DNA from: Octopus vulgaris
Lineage: Eukaryota
Direction: 5' to 3'
Length of the DNA stretch: 64,000 bases
Assembly (NCBI GenBank): GCA_951406725.2
Contig: OX597814.1
Span: 22,196,001-22,260,000 of the forward strand
Shown: piece by piece, positions 40,519 to 52,377 of the stretch
Layout: every line of letters begins with the position of its first letter
Position numbering within the stretch: position 1 is the stretch's first letter
Notes under the pieces: model-generated
The model's database searches: none
What the model saw: only the letters and a program-made list of their open reading frames with translations
What the model was told of the DNA's origin: nothing
Position numbers and translations under genes: made by a program

Positions 40519-40750
40519 CATCATCATCATCATCGTTTAATGTCCGTTTTCCATGCTAGCATGGGTTGGACGGTTCGACCGGGGTCTGGGAAGCTGGGAG
40601 GCTGCACCAGGATCCAATCTGATCTGGCAGTGTTTCTACGGCTGGATGCCCTTCCTAATGCCAACCACTCCATGAGTGTAGTGGGTGCTTTTTATGTGCC
40701 ACCGGCACAGGTGCCAGGCGAGGCTGGCAATGGCCACGATCAGTTGGTGC
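40519..40750 (-). mobile_element. RTE 3' UTR fragment
   Basis: (CAT)n, TTTTCCATGCTAGCATGGGTTGGACGG...CTGGATGCCCTTCCTAATGCCAACC. Confidence 0.8.
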
Positions 40751-41274
40751 TTAAGCCCTTCCTTTCAGTTTCTGTCTACCAAACCTACTCACAAAGGTGT
40801 GATCAACCTAGAGCTATAGTAGAAAGCATTTACCCAAGGTGCAACATTGTGGAATTGAACTCAAAACTACATGTTTGGAAATGAACTTCTTCACCACACA
40901 GCCATGTTTATGCCTGTAATCAATAATTTGTTTCAAAAAAAATATATAAATAAATTACTGAATTCTAACATATGCACAAAACCACAGGTTTTGATGGAAG
41001 ATATAAATGGTTGTACTTAGTCAACTACCCAACTCATGCCAGACATAAAATGATGACGACGGTGGTGGTGGTGATGACGACGATGATGAGGAGGAGGGTT
41101 GAAATCTAGCTCAGTATAACTTTTAACTAGTAATCTAGATTTATCATGCTTTGCTCAGTCAACCAATTTCACACATCAAGGTCATGTGTGTGTGTGTGTG
41201 TGATGATGACTATTGACATCAGCAGCATCATGGAAAATGGATGTTAAATGATGATGATAGTGTCAGTAATTATG

Positions 41275-41324
<50 letters not shown>

Positions 41325-41329
<5 letters not shown>

Positions 41330-41569
41330 GCATTACTATACATAAAGGCATCATGCTAGGAGGGACTTTAAAGTCAAAACTACTATAATAATGTTTATTA
41401 TGTTAGTTTTGACTTTAAGAGTCCCTCCTAGCCTGAGGCATTTATGTATAGTAATGCCCTTAATATAAATAAATATATTTAAAAGGAATACTTACATTTT
41501 TCCCTTATGAGGTTTTTCACGCTAACTACTTGATAAATTCTTATAAATATTTTATCCTATTTTTCATTT
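41325..41569 (+). mobile_element. Fold-back element (hairpin 41325-41462) with ~105-bp tail, within (TA)n
   Basis: TAAGGGCATTACTATACATAAA..GCTAGGAGGGACTTTAAAGTCAAAACTA pairs with TAGTTTTGACTTTAAGAGTCCCTCCTAGC..TTTATGTATAGTAATGCCCTTA. Confidence 0.75.
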
Positions 41570-41587
41570 ATATATATATATATATAT

Positions 41588-42693
41588 ACTAGACTACTTG
41601 TGACATGTTGGGTCACCAATAGTTCAAGGTACCCAAAAAAACCATGTATCTCAGAAATCCACGGTCCAATTTATGCAAAACTTTTGTTGTGTATTCACAT
41701 TTCAGTGGTACATTACTTTCAAAGCATTTTTCCCATTATATGCTGGCTTGGCTATTTTCGAATGTGACATTGAAATCACACGTAAACGGCACCTTTCCAC
41801 AAAAAGGTAAGATCTGGCTGCTATTTCTTGCACGCCCTGCTACCATGTAACAGCTATTTTGGATCCTTTATTGCAAATAGCTGTTACATGGTACCAAGGC
41901 GTGCTAGAAATAGCAGCTAAACCTTTGGCGGTGAGATGGGTTGAATGCAGTCAAAAAAATCCTATGGAAAAAATTATTTCACACCGAAGTTATGAACGGG
42001 TCTTTTATGAAATATTTACCATATTTTCAGAGCCATTTTCAGTTTGATAAATTTTTCCTTACCTCAATGACACCAGTGACATATTAAAAGTCCCCTTATG
42101 GAGCTATATTCATAAAAAAGTATAGAACTATATTATCACCCTCGAATTTGAGAAACAAACACTCATAACATTTTTCTTTTAAAACCTCATTACATGAGAT
42201 TGATACCATGAAATTCCTAGAATTGAGCTCTATTAAAATATAGTTTGTTTTTAAAATGAAAAAGCTGATTATACTTAAATCCAGTTTTTTGCCTTACATA
42301 TATTTTCTTATGATGTTTTACCTCACAACTTTTTTGATACAAATTTTTGTTGCATGGGACCAAAATTATGAAATTCTTCATGCTTTCTTCTATCATTGAA
42401 ACTAAGGGAAATATATTTTGGTTTTAAAATAAAAAAGTTATTTAGATCTAAACTTGATTGGTGGTGTAACTTCCTCTCTTATAACATTGCTACAAATTTT
42501 GATGTAAACTTTTTTCTACCAGATCAAATTTCAATTTTTTATGCCAAAATGTAGCTAAGGACCAGTCCTCTTCAAAACTGTTAAGAGATTTCAATTTGGT
42601 TAAGAACTGAATTAGTGACAATCTCTAAAAGATTCTGCATGTGAGTAAATTGTGGCCTTAAGAATATTATTCAACTACTACCATAGTTGAATG
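41588..42693 (+). mobile_element. Possible non-autonomous rolling-circle (Helentron/DINE-like) element
   Basis: Bounded by (TA)n, with a terminal hairpin ATTCAACTA-CTACCA-TAGTTGAAT (42669-42692) and an internal ~44-bp inverted repeat 41816-41918. No ORF. Confidence 0.35.
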
Positions 42694-43344
42694 ATATATA
42701 TATAAATATATATATGTAGGTGACTACTTCTCCACATTTCTCACAGAAAATTTATCATCATAGACATTATGTTGTTGTTCACATATATCTCCTTTTTTTG
42801 GCTTCTATCATCAAGAATTTTAGTCATTTGATCAATATCTGTTTGTTGAATAGTTAAGTTTACCATCATATTGATTCACGGTCCTTGAAGAAGTTACATA
42901 AGGTTTTAAAATTTCTTTTTTAATAATAATTTCATGTGTCTAAAGAATTTGGCCAGCGTCCAAAAATGTATAAATTTTTGGCAGTACATATGTAATAAAA
43001 CTGGAACAATACATAAAAAATTAGTGTAGCCCCTCAGTAAAAACAGACAAATTTATACAAATGCTTGTGAGTGCAGAAAAACTATTGATGTTCCACTAAT
43101 TGTTGTTGAAATACGGAGATAAAAAACCATTTAAGATTGGTTAGAATCATATTGATGTCTTCTATATTTTAATAGTAAAGTAAGGAATTTATCTTTTATC
43201 TTCATCTTTTACTCATTTCAGTCATTAGACTGAAGCTCAGCTGGGATTCTACCTTGAAGGCTTTAGCTAAACAGATTGACCCCCAGTTCTTAATTTAAGT
43301 CATATTTATTTATATTTAATATTTAACAATACTATAGAAGAAAT

Positions 43345-44822
43345 TTCAGGTGTGGAAGCAAGGTTTAGAATTGAAGGGTTTTAGAATCAATGTTGCAAAA
43401 ACCAAAGTCCTTGTAAGTAGGAAGGTGAACACATCACAAACCCTTTCAGGTAGATGACCCTGCTTGATCTGTAGAAAAGGTGTAGGTAGAAACTCCATAA
43501 GATGTACCCAGTGTAAGCTATGGATGCATAAGAGGTGCAGTAACATCAAAGGAAGGCTAACTGGGAAGATGGCTTTTGTGTATGGCAGATGCACAGGGGC
43601 AATAAACACTGCAGATGTTCAGAACTGATTCCATCACATTCCAGGGGGAAAACTAGAAGTAGTTGATAGCTTCCACTACCTTGGTGACCAAAGCTGTAGT
43701 GAGGGTGGATGCTCAGAAAGCATTGCCACTAGAATAAGAATAGCCTGGGCAAAGTTCAGAAAGCTCCTACCTCTGCTGGTGACTCGCTCAGAGTGAAAAG
43801 TAGATTGTATGATGCATGTGTTTGAACTGCCATGCTACGCAGCAGTGAAACATGGGCTGTGACAGCTGAAGACATGTGTAAGCTCGAAAGAAATGAAGCT
43901 AGTATGATCCGCTAGATGTGTAATGTCAGTATGCCCACACGACAGTGTAAGTGCCCTGAGAGAAATGTTGGAATTAAGAAGCATCAGATGTGGTGTGCAA
44001 GATTGACAACTGCACTGGTATGGCCATGTGCTACATATGGGTGAGGAGAGCTGTGTGAAGAAGTGTCACTCCCTAACAGTGGAAGGAACCTATGGAAGAG
44101 GTAGACCCAGGAAGACATGGGATGAGGTGGTGAAGCATGACCTTTCAAATGTTGGGCCTCACAGAGGTAATGACGAAAGACTGAGACCTCTGGAGATATG
44201 CTATGATTGAGAAGACCCGCAAGTAAAGTGAGATCACAGCCATAGCCTACACCAGTATCACATAACCAGCCCACTTAAAAAAGTACCTTTGAATCATCAG
44301 GTGACCTGCCCTACTTGAGACCTATTGAGTCAAGTAAATCAAAACCAAAATCAAAATCAAATCAAATAAAATCACAATCAAATGGCAATTGTAGTTGTGG
44401 CTGATACCAGTGCCACCTGACTGGATCCTGTGCTGGTGGCATGCAATAAACACCATGCATGCATGTGTCATTGCCAGATCTGCTTGACTGGCTCCCTGTG
44501 CCAGTGGTACATAAAAAACACTATCCGAACATGGTCAGTGCCAGGCCCTGCCCCGACTGGCTCCTGTGTTGGTGGGACATAAAAAACACCATCTGAATGT
44601 AGCCAATACTAGTGCCGCTGACTGGCTCCCATGCTGGTGGCATGTAAAAAGTACCCACTACACTCTTAGAGTAGTTGGCGTTAGGAAGGGCATCCAGCTG
44701 TAGAAACATTACCAACTGAGATTGGAGCCTAGTGTGACCTCCTGGCTTGCCAGTCCCCAGTCAAACCATCCAACCTATGCCAGCATGGAAAACAAGCATT
44801 AAATGATGCTGATGATGATGAT
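43345..44822 (+). mobile_element. 5'-truncated, decayed RTE LINE (post-RT region, Cys-rich insert, C-terminus, 3' UTR)
   Basis: KGFRINVAKTK, CLICRKGVGRNSIRCTQCKLWMHKRC, VVDSFHYLG, RIAWAKFR, SETWAV, WYGHVLHM and GRGRPRKTW, then the minisatellite-bearing UTR and (GAT)n. Confidence 0.85.
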
Positions 44823-46869
44823 TTACATATTTATTTATATAATTTTTATATATTTATATTTATTCATATATGCAGTGATACTGGTGCCAGGCTGTTTCAG
44901 CCCAAGCTGGTGTCATTTCCCTTAGATAAATATTAGTAGTACTGAAAGGTAAGACTTACATGTATGGGCCACTGCTAGTCTTCCTCAAAAAATCTTATCC
45001 AGCCATGTACATACATGTGCAGATGCATGATCAACCTTGGCTGATGGAGGCCACACTCAGATTTCCAACTCTTTAAATTAAACAAATTACAGTTATCAAA
45101 TTGAATAGCAATGGTAAATGGGCAGGCTTCATTTTTGCTAGAGATTTGCTATTCCATTTTTGTTAGAGATATGCTATTCTATTTCTCTAACTCATCATAC
45201 AATAATTGAGCTTTCCCTCATTCGGTCGAATGAACCAGGTTACTACTAAAATCTTTCAGACACCGCAATGTTAACCATCCTCATTAATTTAAATCAGGAT
45301 TCTTAAATAAGAAACATTTTATAATGTGCAGTTTTTATTTTAACCTTAGGCCAAAAGCAAAACTACAGCACAAATAATAAATTTAAGTTAACAGAATCAC
45401 ATTTTCAATGTTAGAACACAAATATAAATTTACATTATACTAAGGTTGGGTATCAGGAGATATCAGAAGATAATATTTAACTTGGACATTTTAGTTGTTT
45501 ATGTAACAATTCTATATATTAGTGAATTCACATAATGTCATAGCATTTAAGCTTTGTGTTTTTAGATTTGGTTTAAAATAAGATCAGGATTTATAGTGAA
45601 TAGGTCCACCCATTCAAATTTGCTGTATAATTTATCATGTCTTCCACGGTTGACTTTATAAATGTCTCAAATATGTTGGCTAGCAAAGAAAGAGAAAATA
45701 CTAACTATTGGAACCCTTCTATTAATTTCGATTACATCTCCTCTGTACTAGCTGATCTACATACACTGGTTCTTCAATACAGAGTTGGATCTTCAAAAAT
45801 AATTATAATTTGATAAAATACCTTAAGATTTTCATTTTGAGTGACTGTGCTGATATGGTCATGTGATGCACACAGATGAAGGCATCTGCATAAAGAAGTG
45901 CTGATCTCTAAATGTGGAGAGAACCTGTGGAAGAGGAAGACCCAGGAAGATATGGGACAAAGTAATGATGAATGATCTAAAGAAGTTGAGCTTCATAGAG
46001 GAGATTTCAAGGGACCAAGACAATTAGTGATTTGCAGTCCTTGAGATGACCCATTCTATTTAGTTGGATGGGTCTTTTCCTATTGAGGCTTCTTTGCTGA
46101 CTTATATAAGTCTGAGTCAAGAGAAAGTGAGGTAAAAGAAGAATTGGTGTAGTGTCATGATATTTCACTGTTTTCATTGGGGATTGAAGAGAAAGCAGAT
46201 TGAAAGGGAGTCTGTGAAGGAAAATTGAAAAGGGGACTAACAAATTGCCATGTTTAATAAAATTAAGATGTTTTTAAATTTTCTAATTTTTACAACACAA
46301 TGGCAAAGAAAGAAAAATTATACAAATGCAAACTCTGTTTTATCTTTACATTAATACATAGCGATGGTGGGCCAGGGACTGCTGAAAATTTCACTGATAT
46401 TTTGGGACGGTGGAGGAGTAAGAAACCTGGTATTTGTTAGTTTGAGAATCAATGTGTTAGTTTATATTTGTGTTTATAATAACAAGATAAAACTCAACCA
46501 ATCAATTAGTGGTGTTACTAGTAAGTTTTACTTGATAATTATATATGAATATTCCTGCAGAATGACACATTGAAACTTCAACCTTACTATATAACGGAAC
46601 TCTATTGAATGCCTGGTTTGTGTATGTGTGTGTGTGTCTGTGTTATGACTTAGTGGCATAAGGTGAGCAATTAGAGAATACAACATTAAATTCTATGAAG
46701 GAACAATCACCATGCAATAGCATTTATGTTCACATTTCTTCTTTTTCCTTTTTTCCTTTTTAATGTCTGAACCATAGATTTGCTGTTAAAATAAGAAAAT
46801 AAAAATAAGAGGACACATTTATCATAAACATGTTGAATCTGTTTTACCTACTTCCTTAAACTTCATATC

Positions 46870-47144
46870 TGTAATAAGTGTGGTGAAAGGAGCATAACAG
46901 AACAAGGAAAGAATTAGAAGTGTAATTTGGTCTTACCTGAGGAGATGAAGTCGGATTCGCCTTCAGCCAACTTGCTAGCATCTTGTCGTCTTGGCGTCGT
47001 TCTCAAGTCCCTCTGGCCTGGTCAATGCCGCACGTGCATTCTCTCTGTCACTTCCGCTTCCGCCGGCGCATGCGCCCTGCAAGACCTGCAAGACCCACTT
47101 CCGCTCCCTCCCGCTCCGTCACACTCCTTCAACACCACACCACA
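46870..47144 (-). repeat. 3' LTR
   Basis: Direct repeat of 50853-51127. Preceded on the element sense strand by the polypurine tract AGGGGGGCG (47145-47153). Confidence 0.95.
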
Positions 47145-47180
47145 CGCCCCCCTGATCTATAGATCACTGAACCGGCTTCC

Positions 47181-50093
47181 TCACTCGCTCCCGCACCTGA
47201 AACTGGTTTCATAGTCAGCCAACCAGGGAGGAGGGTGCCGCTCCCTCTGTGGTCGCAGTGCGACCCTAGGACTTGTTTCTGGCGTGTTGCTGCCGACCTC
47301 GTCATCCTGTCTGTTGTTATCGTCTTGCCCACTGTTGCTTGTCCCATCCTCCGGGGCATGGACAATCCTCCATATGTCCAAAACGTGGCGTGGCATACCA
47401 TCGACCGAGATGTTATTCTTTGAATTTACGGAGGTTATTGTCCCCTTTCCCCATTGCGATGTACACCATGCGTTTGGGGGTTTTACCCAGACTTCCTCCC
47501 CGACCTGCACGAAGGCGTGCTCTTCCTCTGCCCTGGGTCGCATTGATGTAGTACACGGATGCCTCCACTCGTACCTGAATATTGCCCTGTGTGGCACCGA
47601 CTCCTCGGCCTGTCCTGATCTGGGCGACATGTTGTACCAAAACACGGCCTCGACTGGTGAAATGTGACCCCTCTCTGCCATGGCCTTGATGGTACGATGA
47701 TGCCTTTCCACCACCCCGTTTCCACTTGGCCGGTATGCCGCCCTGAAGAAGCGGTTGACCTTCCACTCATCAAGCATTTCTCTCAGCGCCTCCGAGCGAA
47801 ATGCAGTGCCGTTGTCCAGAAGCAGTTCATCCACGGGGCCTCGTTCCAGGAATATCTCGTTCAGCACTTTCGCAATTTCTTCTGCGGTTCCTGACCTCAT
47901 CTCCCTCCATATGGCGAACTGCCCCGGTCCGCAGTCAACCATTGAGAGGTATGTCCCCTGCCGGTAGTGTGTTATGTCCACCGCCAGTCGTCTCCAGTCC
48001 TGGTCCACTGGAATACTTCCCGCTTCATGCACGACCGGAGCAGGGTCGATGGACTGGCACCTGTCACAACTGCTAACCACTCTCCGCACGCTCTGTCTTG
48101 TTACGTCGGAGTCGACTTTTCTGGCCAGGAACAACGTCCTGTCCACACCCATGTGATGCATGGTGTGCAGTCTCCGCAACTCCGAGTCGCTCAGATGGCA
48201 TACTGCAGCTACATCCTGCTTCGCATCCTCTGGCACTTGCAACCAGGCTCGCTTAACCCTGGTCAGGACGTCTGCCCTGTTCTTCTCGGAAGGCACAAAG
48301 ATCACGCTCAGCTTCAGATTGAACTCAGTGGTCAGTTCACGCAGTATCCCCAATCGACGCTTTACCAGCATCTCTGCAGCCCCTTTGGTCTGCACCCTCC
48401 GCTCATCGGTGATGACTGCCGTCGCCCAACCAAGTACAGTGGCTGAATCAGTCCTGATTTCTATGGTGTGCAACCCCCACTTCACGGCTAGGTTCACCCC
48501 CTTCAGCACGGCTTCCAACTCCGCCACGTTGATGTGACTGCAGTCATCCATCTTCCTGAGCCAGGCTGCATCTTCCACCGTGACACCTCCCACTTCCAAG
48601 ACGACCCCTATTGCGATGCTACTGGCGTCACACCATACGATCCCGCTCTTTGATTTGGGAACATACCAGCTGCCCCTCACCGGGTCCTCTGCTCCTACTC
48701 TGACCAGGACTTCCTGCATCATGTCGATCGTCCTCTCTCCCACTTTATCATTCCACTTCACTCCTTCGGCTCGTCTCTTGATGAAGCTGCATGCTGTCCG
48801 GAGCCAGCCTGCAATCGGGTAGTGTCCCACCAGTTTCCCACACACAGAGAACAGCTCCCGTCTACTCATGCTGGCGCCCAGTTCAGGGATCTCATTCCCT
48901 CGCCGGAACACCAAGGTGCCGGCTTTGTCTCTCCATAGCTTGAGGCCCAGTGCAGCACCTCCCTCCATAGCCTCTGGCGGCTTGGCGATCAGTCCAAAAC
49001 TCTTCAGGTGGCCTATGACCTCCGTTGCTGGCATCACGGTTTCATCCACCAGAATGTCGTCGATGTATGAATTGGTGGCCCTTTTTACTCTGTCCACCTT
49101 CACCAGGACGGCCTTGAGAATTGTTGCCATAATCTTCGGAGCTGAATTCAGCCCGAATCCCAACCTGGTCAGACAGTACGTCCGGCCCCTATACCTGACG
49201 AGCTGGTACCTCCATAGTTTCTCAGCCACATGAACCTGAAGGTATGCCGACTTTAAATCGACAATCGTGGAGGCCCCCGCCGTCTGCCTCCACTCTCGCA
49301 AGGTGTCTCCGCAGACATCCGTGGCCTCGCCGCCTGTATGACACGACACGTGGTCATTCAGCTCTCAGAAGTCGAGCACTGGCCTGACCTTACGCATTGT
49401 AGGCTGTATCACCGCCATCAGTGGCAGGACTCCGCTCTCTTCTTTTTCCCAGGGGATCAGTATGCCCTCCTTAATCCACCGCTCCACCTCCCCCTCGAAC
49501 TCACTTCTGGCATCTCCTTTTAGAGTATGCTGATAGCAGCCCACTTTATTCTTTAACATTGGGGGCTCTCCCTTCCAGTGCCACTCCACTGTCCACCTCT
49601 CGCCATCAAAGACAGCCCGAAAATCCTGGTCTTCAATGGTGTGCGCCGCATCCATTTCCTCACGGTTGTCGTCGGTGCGTGGTCTCGCCCTACATGGCTT
49701 CCCTGCTAGCCCAAACGTTACGCCAGCCTCGTTGACTGTAACACCTCCCAGACGGGTGATCGCATCCATCCCCATCACCACGTCGATCTCGTCCACCAAG
49801 TGACCGACCACAATCGCTCGCAACGTCAGCTGCAGTCCCTGCACCACAATCTGCGCATCCGTAACCCCTTCGCAGTGCACTTCTCTTCCGTCGACTGCCC
49901 TAACACTGCTTCCTCCACTCCACGTCTCTGCCACTTCTGTGGTCATCAGGGTCGTCGTACAGCCCGTGTCCACCAGGGCTCGCGATATCTTCCCCTTCAC
50001 CAGAATGTCGACCACAGGTAACGATGAGAAATGCGCCGCTACTAATCCAAAGGGACAACTACCGGCGCAGTAGTCTCCCGCGGTCCGTTTCCC
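47181..50093 (-). pseudogene. pol: Pol polyprotein (protease, RT, RNase H, integrase) with one in-frame TGA at 49365-49367
   Basis: ALVDTGC (PR); KVRPVLDF*ELND, VDLKSAY, LGFGLNSAP and YIDD (RT); WCDASS, AELEAV, TDS and NRADVLT (RH); H..HH..CDRC, VDIT, LDNG and VERHH (IN). ORFs 49365-50141 and 47181-49349 share a frame. Confidence 0.92.
50032..50093 (-). promoter_or_regulatory. -1 programmed ribosomal frameshift signal (slippery heptamer plus H-type pseudoknot)
   Basis: G GGA AAC in the gag frame (50087-50093), a 7-nt spacer, stem GGGAGACTAC/GTAGTTGTCCC, and loop TGCGCCG complementary to downstream CGGCGCA. pol lies in the -1 frame. Confidence 0.85.
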
Positions 50094-50797
50094 CGCAGAC
50101 ACTCGCTGGCCACATGCCCCGGCTCTCGACACCGGTAGCAAATCACCTCAGGCTTGGGCGACGCGCAGTCACGGACCATGTGTGGGCCCTGGCACCGGAA
50201 ACACTGTCCCTTGAACGATCGCACGCGTTCTTTCCCCAGCCCCTCTCCGTTGCTCCTAGCTGGGCCACTTTTCGACGTTACAGTCGCTGCTACCGACGTC
50301 AACCTGCTGCATGACACCAGTACACGTGCCCGCGATATGATCTCGGCCATCGGCATCGAACGCACGTTCGGGAGCTTCTGTAGCTCGACCGACATGATGT
50401 CGGGAAAGCCGGTCACGAACGCTAACCTGACCGTGCGTTCTAGCGACTCTCCCTCATATCCCGCAAGTTTAGCCAACCTTCTAAGCTCGCCGGCGAACAC
50501 GTCCACCTGTTGTCCTGTCCACCTCATTCTACCCAGTCGAGTGTACGCTTCAAACATTCCTTCCGCGAAGGCCTCCATAAGTCGGATCTCCACCTTGTCC
50601 GCGCTGAGTTGGTCCGTCTCCTCCATCTCCAGATATAACGCCAACGCCGGGCCATCCAAATACAACGGCATAAAACTAGCCAGGCCAGCTATGCCATGTA
50701 GCATCGCCACCAATTTTACCCTCCTCAACCAAGCGACCACGTCGGTGTCGCCGCAAAACGGTGTTATAGGGTCGCGTGAAATCATAGCAGTCTGCAT
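50042..50797 (-). CDS. gag: Gag-like protein with two zinc knuckles
   Basis: Intact 251-aa ORF with CFRCQGPHMVRDC and CYRCREPGHVASEC. Confidence 0.9.
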   Translation of the reverse strand: MQTAMISRDPITPFCGDTDVVAWLRRVKLVAMLHGIAGLASFMPLYLDGPALALYLEMEETDQLSADKVEIRLMEAFAEGMFEAYTRLGRMRWTGQQVDVFAGELRRLAKLAGYEGESLERTVRLAFVTGFPDIMSVELQKLPNVRSMPMAEIISRARVLVSCSRLTSVAATVTSKSGPARSNGEGLGKERVRSFKGQCFRCQGPHMVRDCASPKPEVICYRCREPGHVASECLRGNGPRETTAPVVVPLD

Positions 50798-50840
50798 AAT
50801 TTATTTTTTTTTATTTTTTACGAAACCGAGTGATTATTTT

Positions 50841-50852
50841 GCCGAAATAGCT
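50841..50852 (-). promoter_or_regulatory. Atypical primer-binding site complementary to nt 1-12 of tRNA-Phe(GAA)
   Basis: The plus strand reads GCCGAAATAGCT directly abutting the LTR, identical to the 5' end of metazoan tRNA-Phe(GAA) (GCCGAAATAGCTCAG...). There is no TGG start. Confidence 0.75.
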
Positions 50853-51127
50853 TGTAATAAGTGTGGTGAAAGGAGCGTAACAGAACAAGGAAAGAATTAG
50901 AAGTGTAATTTGGTCTTACCTGAGGAGATGAAGTCGGATTCGCCTTCAGCCAACTTGCTAGCGTCTTGTCGTCTTGGCGTCGTTCTCAAGTCCCTCTGGC
51001 CTGGTCAATGCCGCACGTGCATTCTCTCTGTCACTTCTGCTTCCGCCGGCGCATGCGCCCTGCAAGACCTGCAAGACCCACTTCCGCTCCCTCCCGCTCC
51101 GTCACACTCCTTCAACACCACACCACA
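50853..51127 (-). repeat. 5' LTR
   Basis: Direct repeat of 46870-47144, upstream of gag on the minus strand. Confidence 0.95.
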
Positions 51128-51907
51128 ATATCATAAACAGAACAGCACAAAATTCTCATTAAGCTATCTAGACAAGATTACATTATTGAATTAAATGTCT
51201 AAAAATGATCTTTCATATGTCAGTACTAGTTTGTTTGTCTGTCTGTCGCTTAATCTGCCTTATTCAGAATTTAGCATATTGAATCTGAAGGAAACATTTT
51301 AATTTTTATTCATTAATTTATTGAAACTTGATAAAATTGTTGCTGATTTTAGTAAAATTTCAGTGAAGATTTAAAAAATAGGTAACAGAATGAGAGAAAG
51401 ATATGTTTTCTTGGTGTTAGAAGTTGTACAGCTTCAAGTTTTGGTAATATGGATTGAATATTGTGAGAAATCAATGTGGTTTGAAACTAAAGGAAATAAC
51501 ATTTTAATGTTAATGTTCACTTTTCTGTCTTGATTCATTCTGTAAACTGTACATGTACTTCTAGCTTATGTGGCTTCTTTCTTTACTTGACTTATACATC
51601 TGCTATCTATCACTTCTTTTAACCTTTTCTGATGAGTTGTAGTGTACTTGAGCACTATATAAAATAACCTCATCATTATTTCTTTTCACATGTATTTATA
51701 TTAGAAGAGAATGAGAAACTCCTAAATACCCATATTTACCTTTGTGTATATCATATTTCTGTTTTCTCCTCCAATAAAGAACTTTCCTTGTTAGGAACTG
51801 CTTGTTTACATCTTTCCTCCCTGCTTTCTATCTTTCATCTCTGTAATAGACATCATATCTGTCAATCATTTTAGTACTTTTAATCTTTTTATCTGCCTGT
51901 CTGTCTG

Positions 51908-51954
<47 letters not shown>

Positions 51955-52311
51955 CCCCCCAATGCACCAATTTCACTTTAAACTTCATATCAATTAAACA
52001 CCTGCATCAAATCCTCCTCCACATTTCAAAGAAAGATATGCTGTTCACACTCTAGTTTTAAGGTAAGCTCCAGTACTGAGAATGAAGAGAGAAAGTTGAT
52101 AATAGTGTTGAGATTGAGTAAGGAATAATGTGGAGATGGAGAAACGGTAATGAAGGGATGGAGTGAAGGATAATGTTGGGAAAGAAAGAGAGACCACAGA
52201 CATAGACAGAGAGTGGCTTTAGGGATGGAGTGAGAATTAATATAGAGATCGGAGTGGGGAATAATGACGAGATGGGAAGGAGAGACACAATGAGATGGAG
52301 TGAGAACTGTG

Positions 52312-52377
<66 letters not shown>

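Larger units (their letters stand above)
46870..51127 (-). mobile_element. Full-length, young, compact Ty3/Gypsy-type LTR retrotransposon (4258 bp)
   Basis: Two 275-bp TG...CA LTRs differing at 3 positions; 5-bp TSD ATATC (46865-46869 and 51128-51132); gag-PR-RT-RH-IN order. Confidence 0.95.

Noticed and set aside
46927-47214. 95-aa and 94-aa ORFs duplicated at 50910-51194
   Set aside because: They lie within the LTRs, start at TTG and show no protein features.
47235-50900. Numerous plus-strand ORFs antisense to gag/pol (e.g. 50154-50900, 248 aa)
   Set aside because: Shadow ORFs of GC-rich coding sequence with no recognisable motifs.
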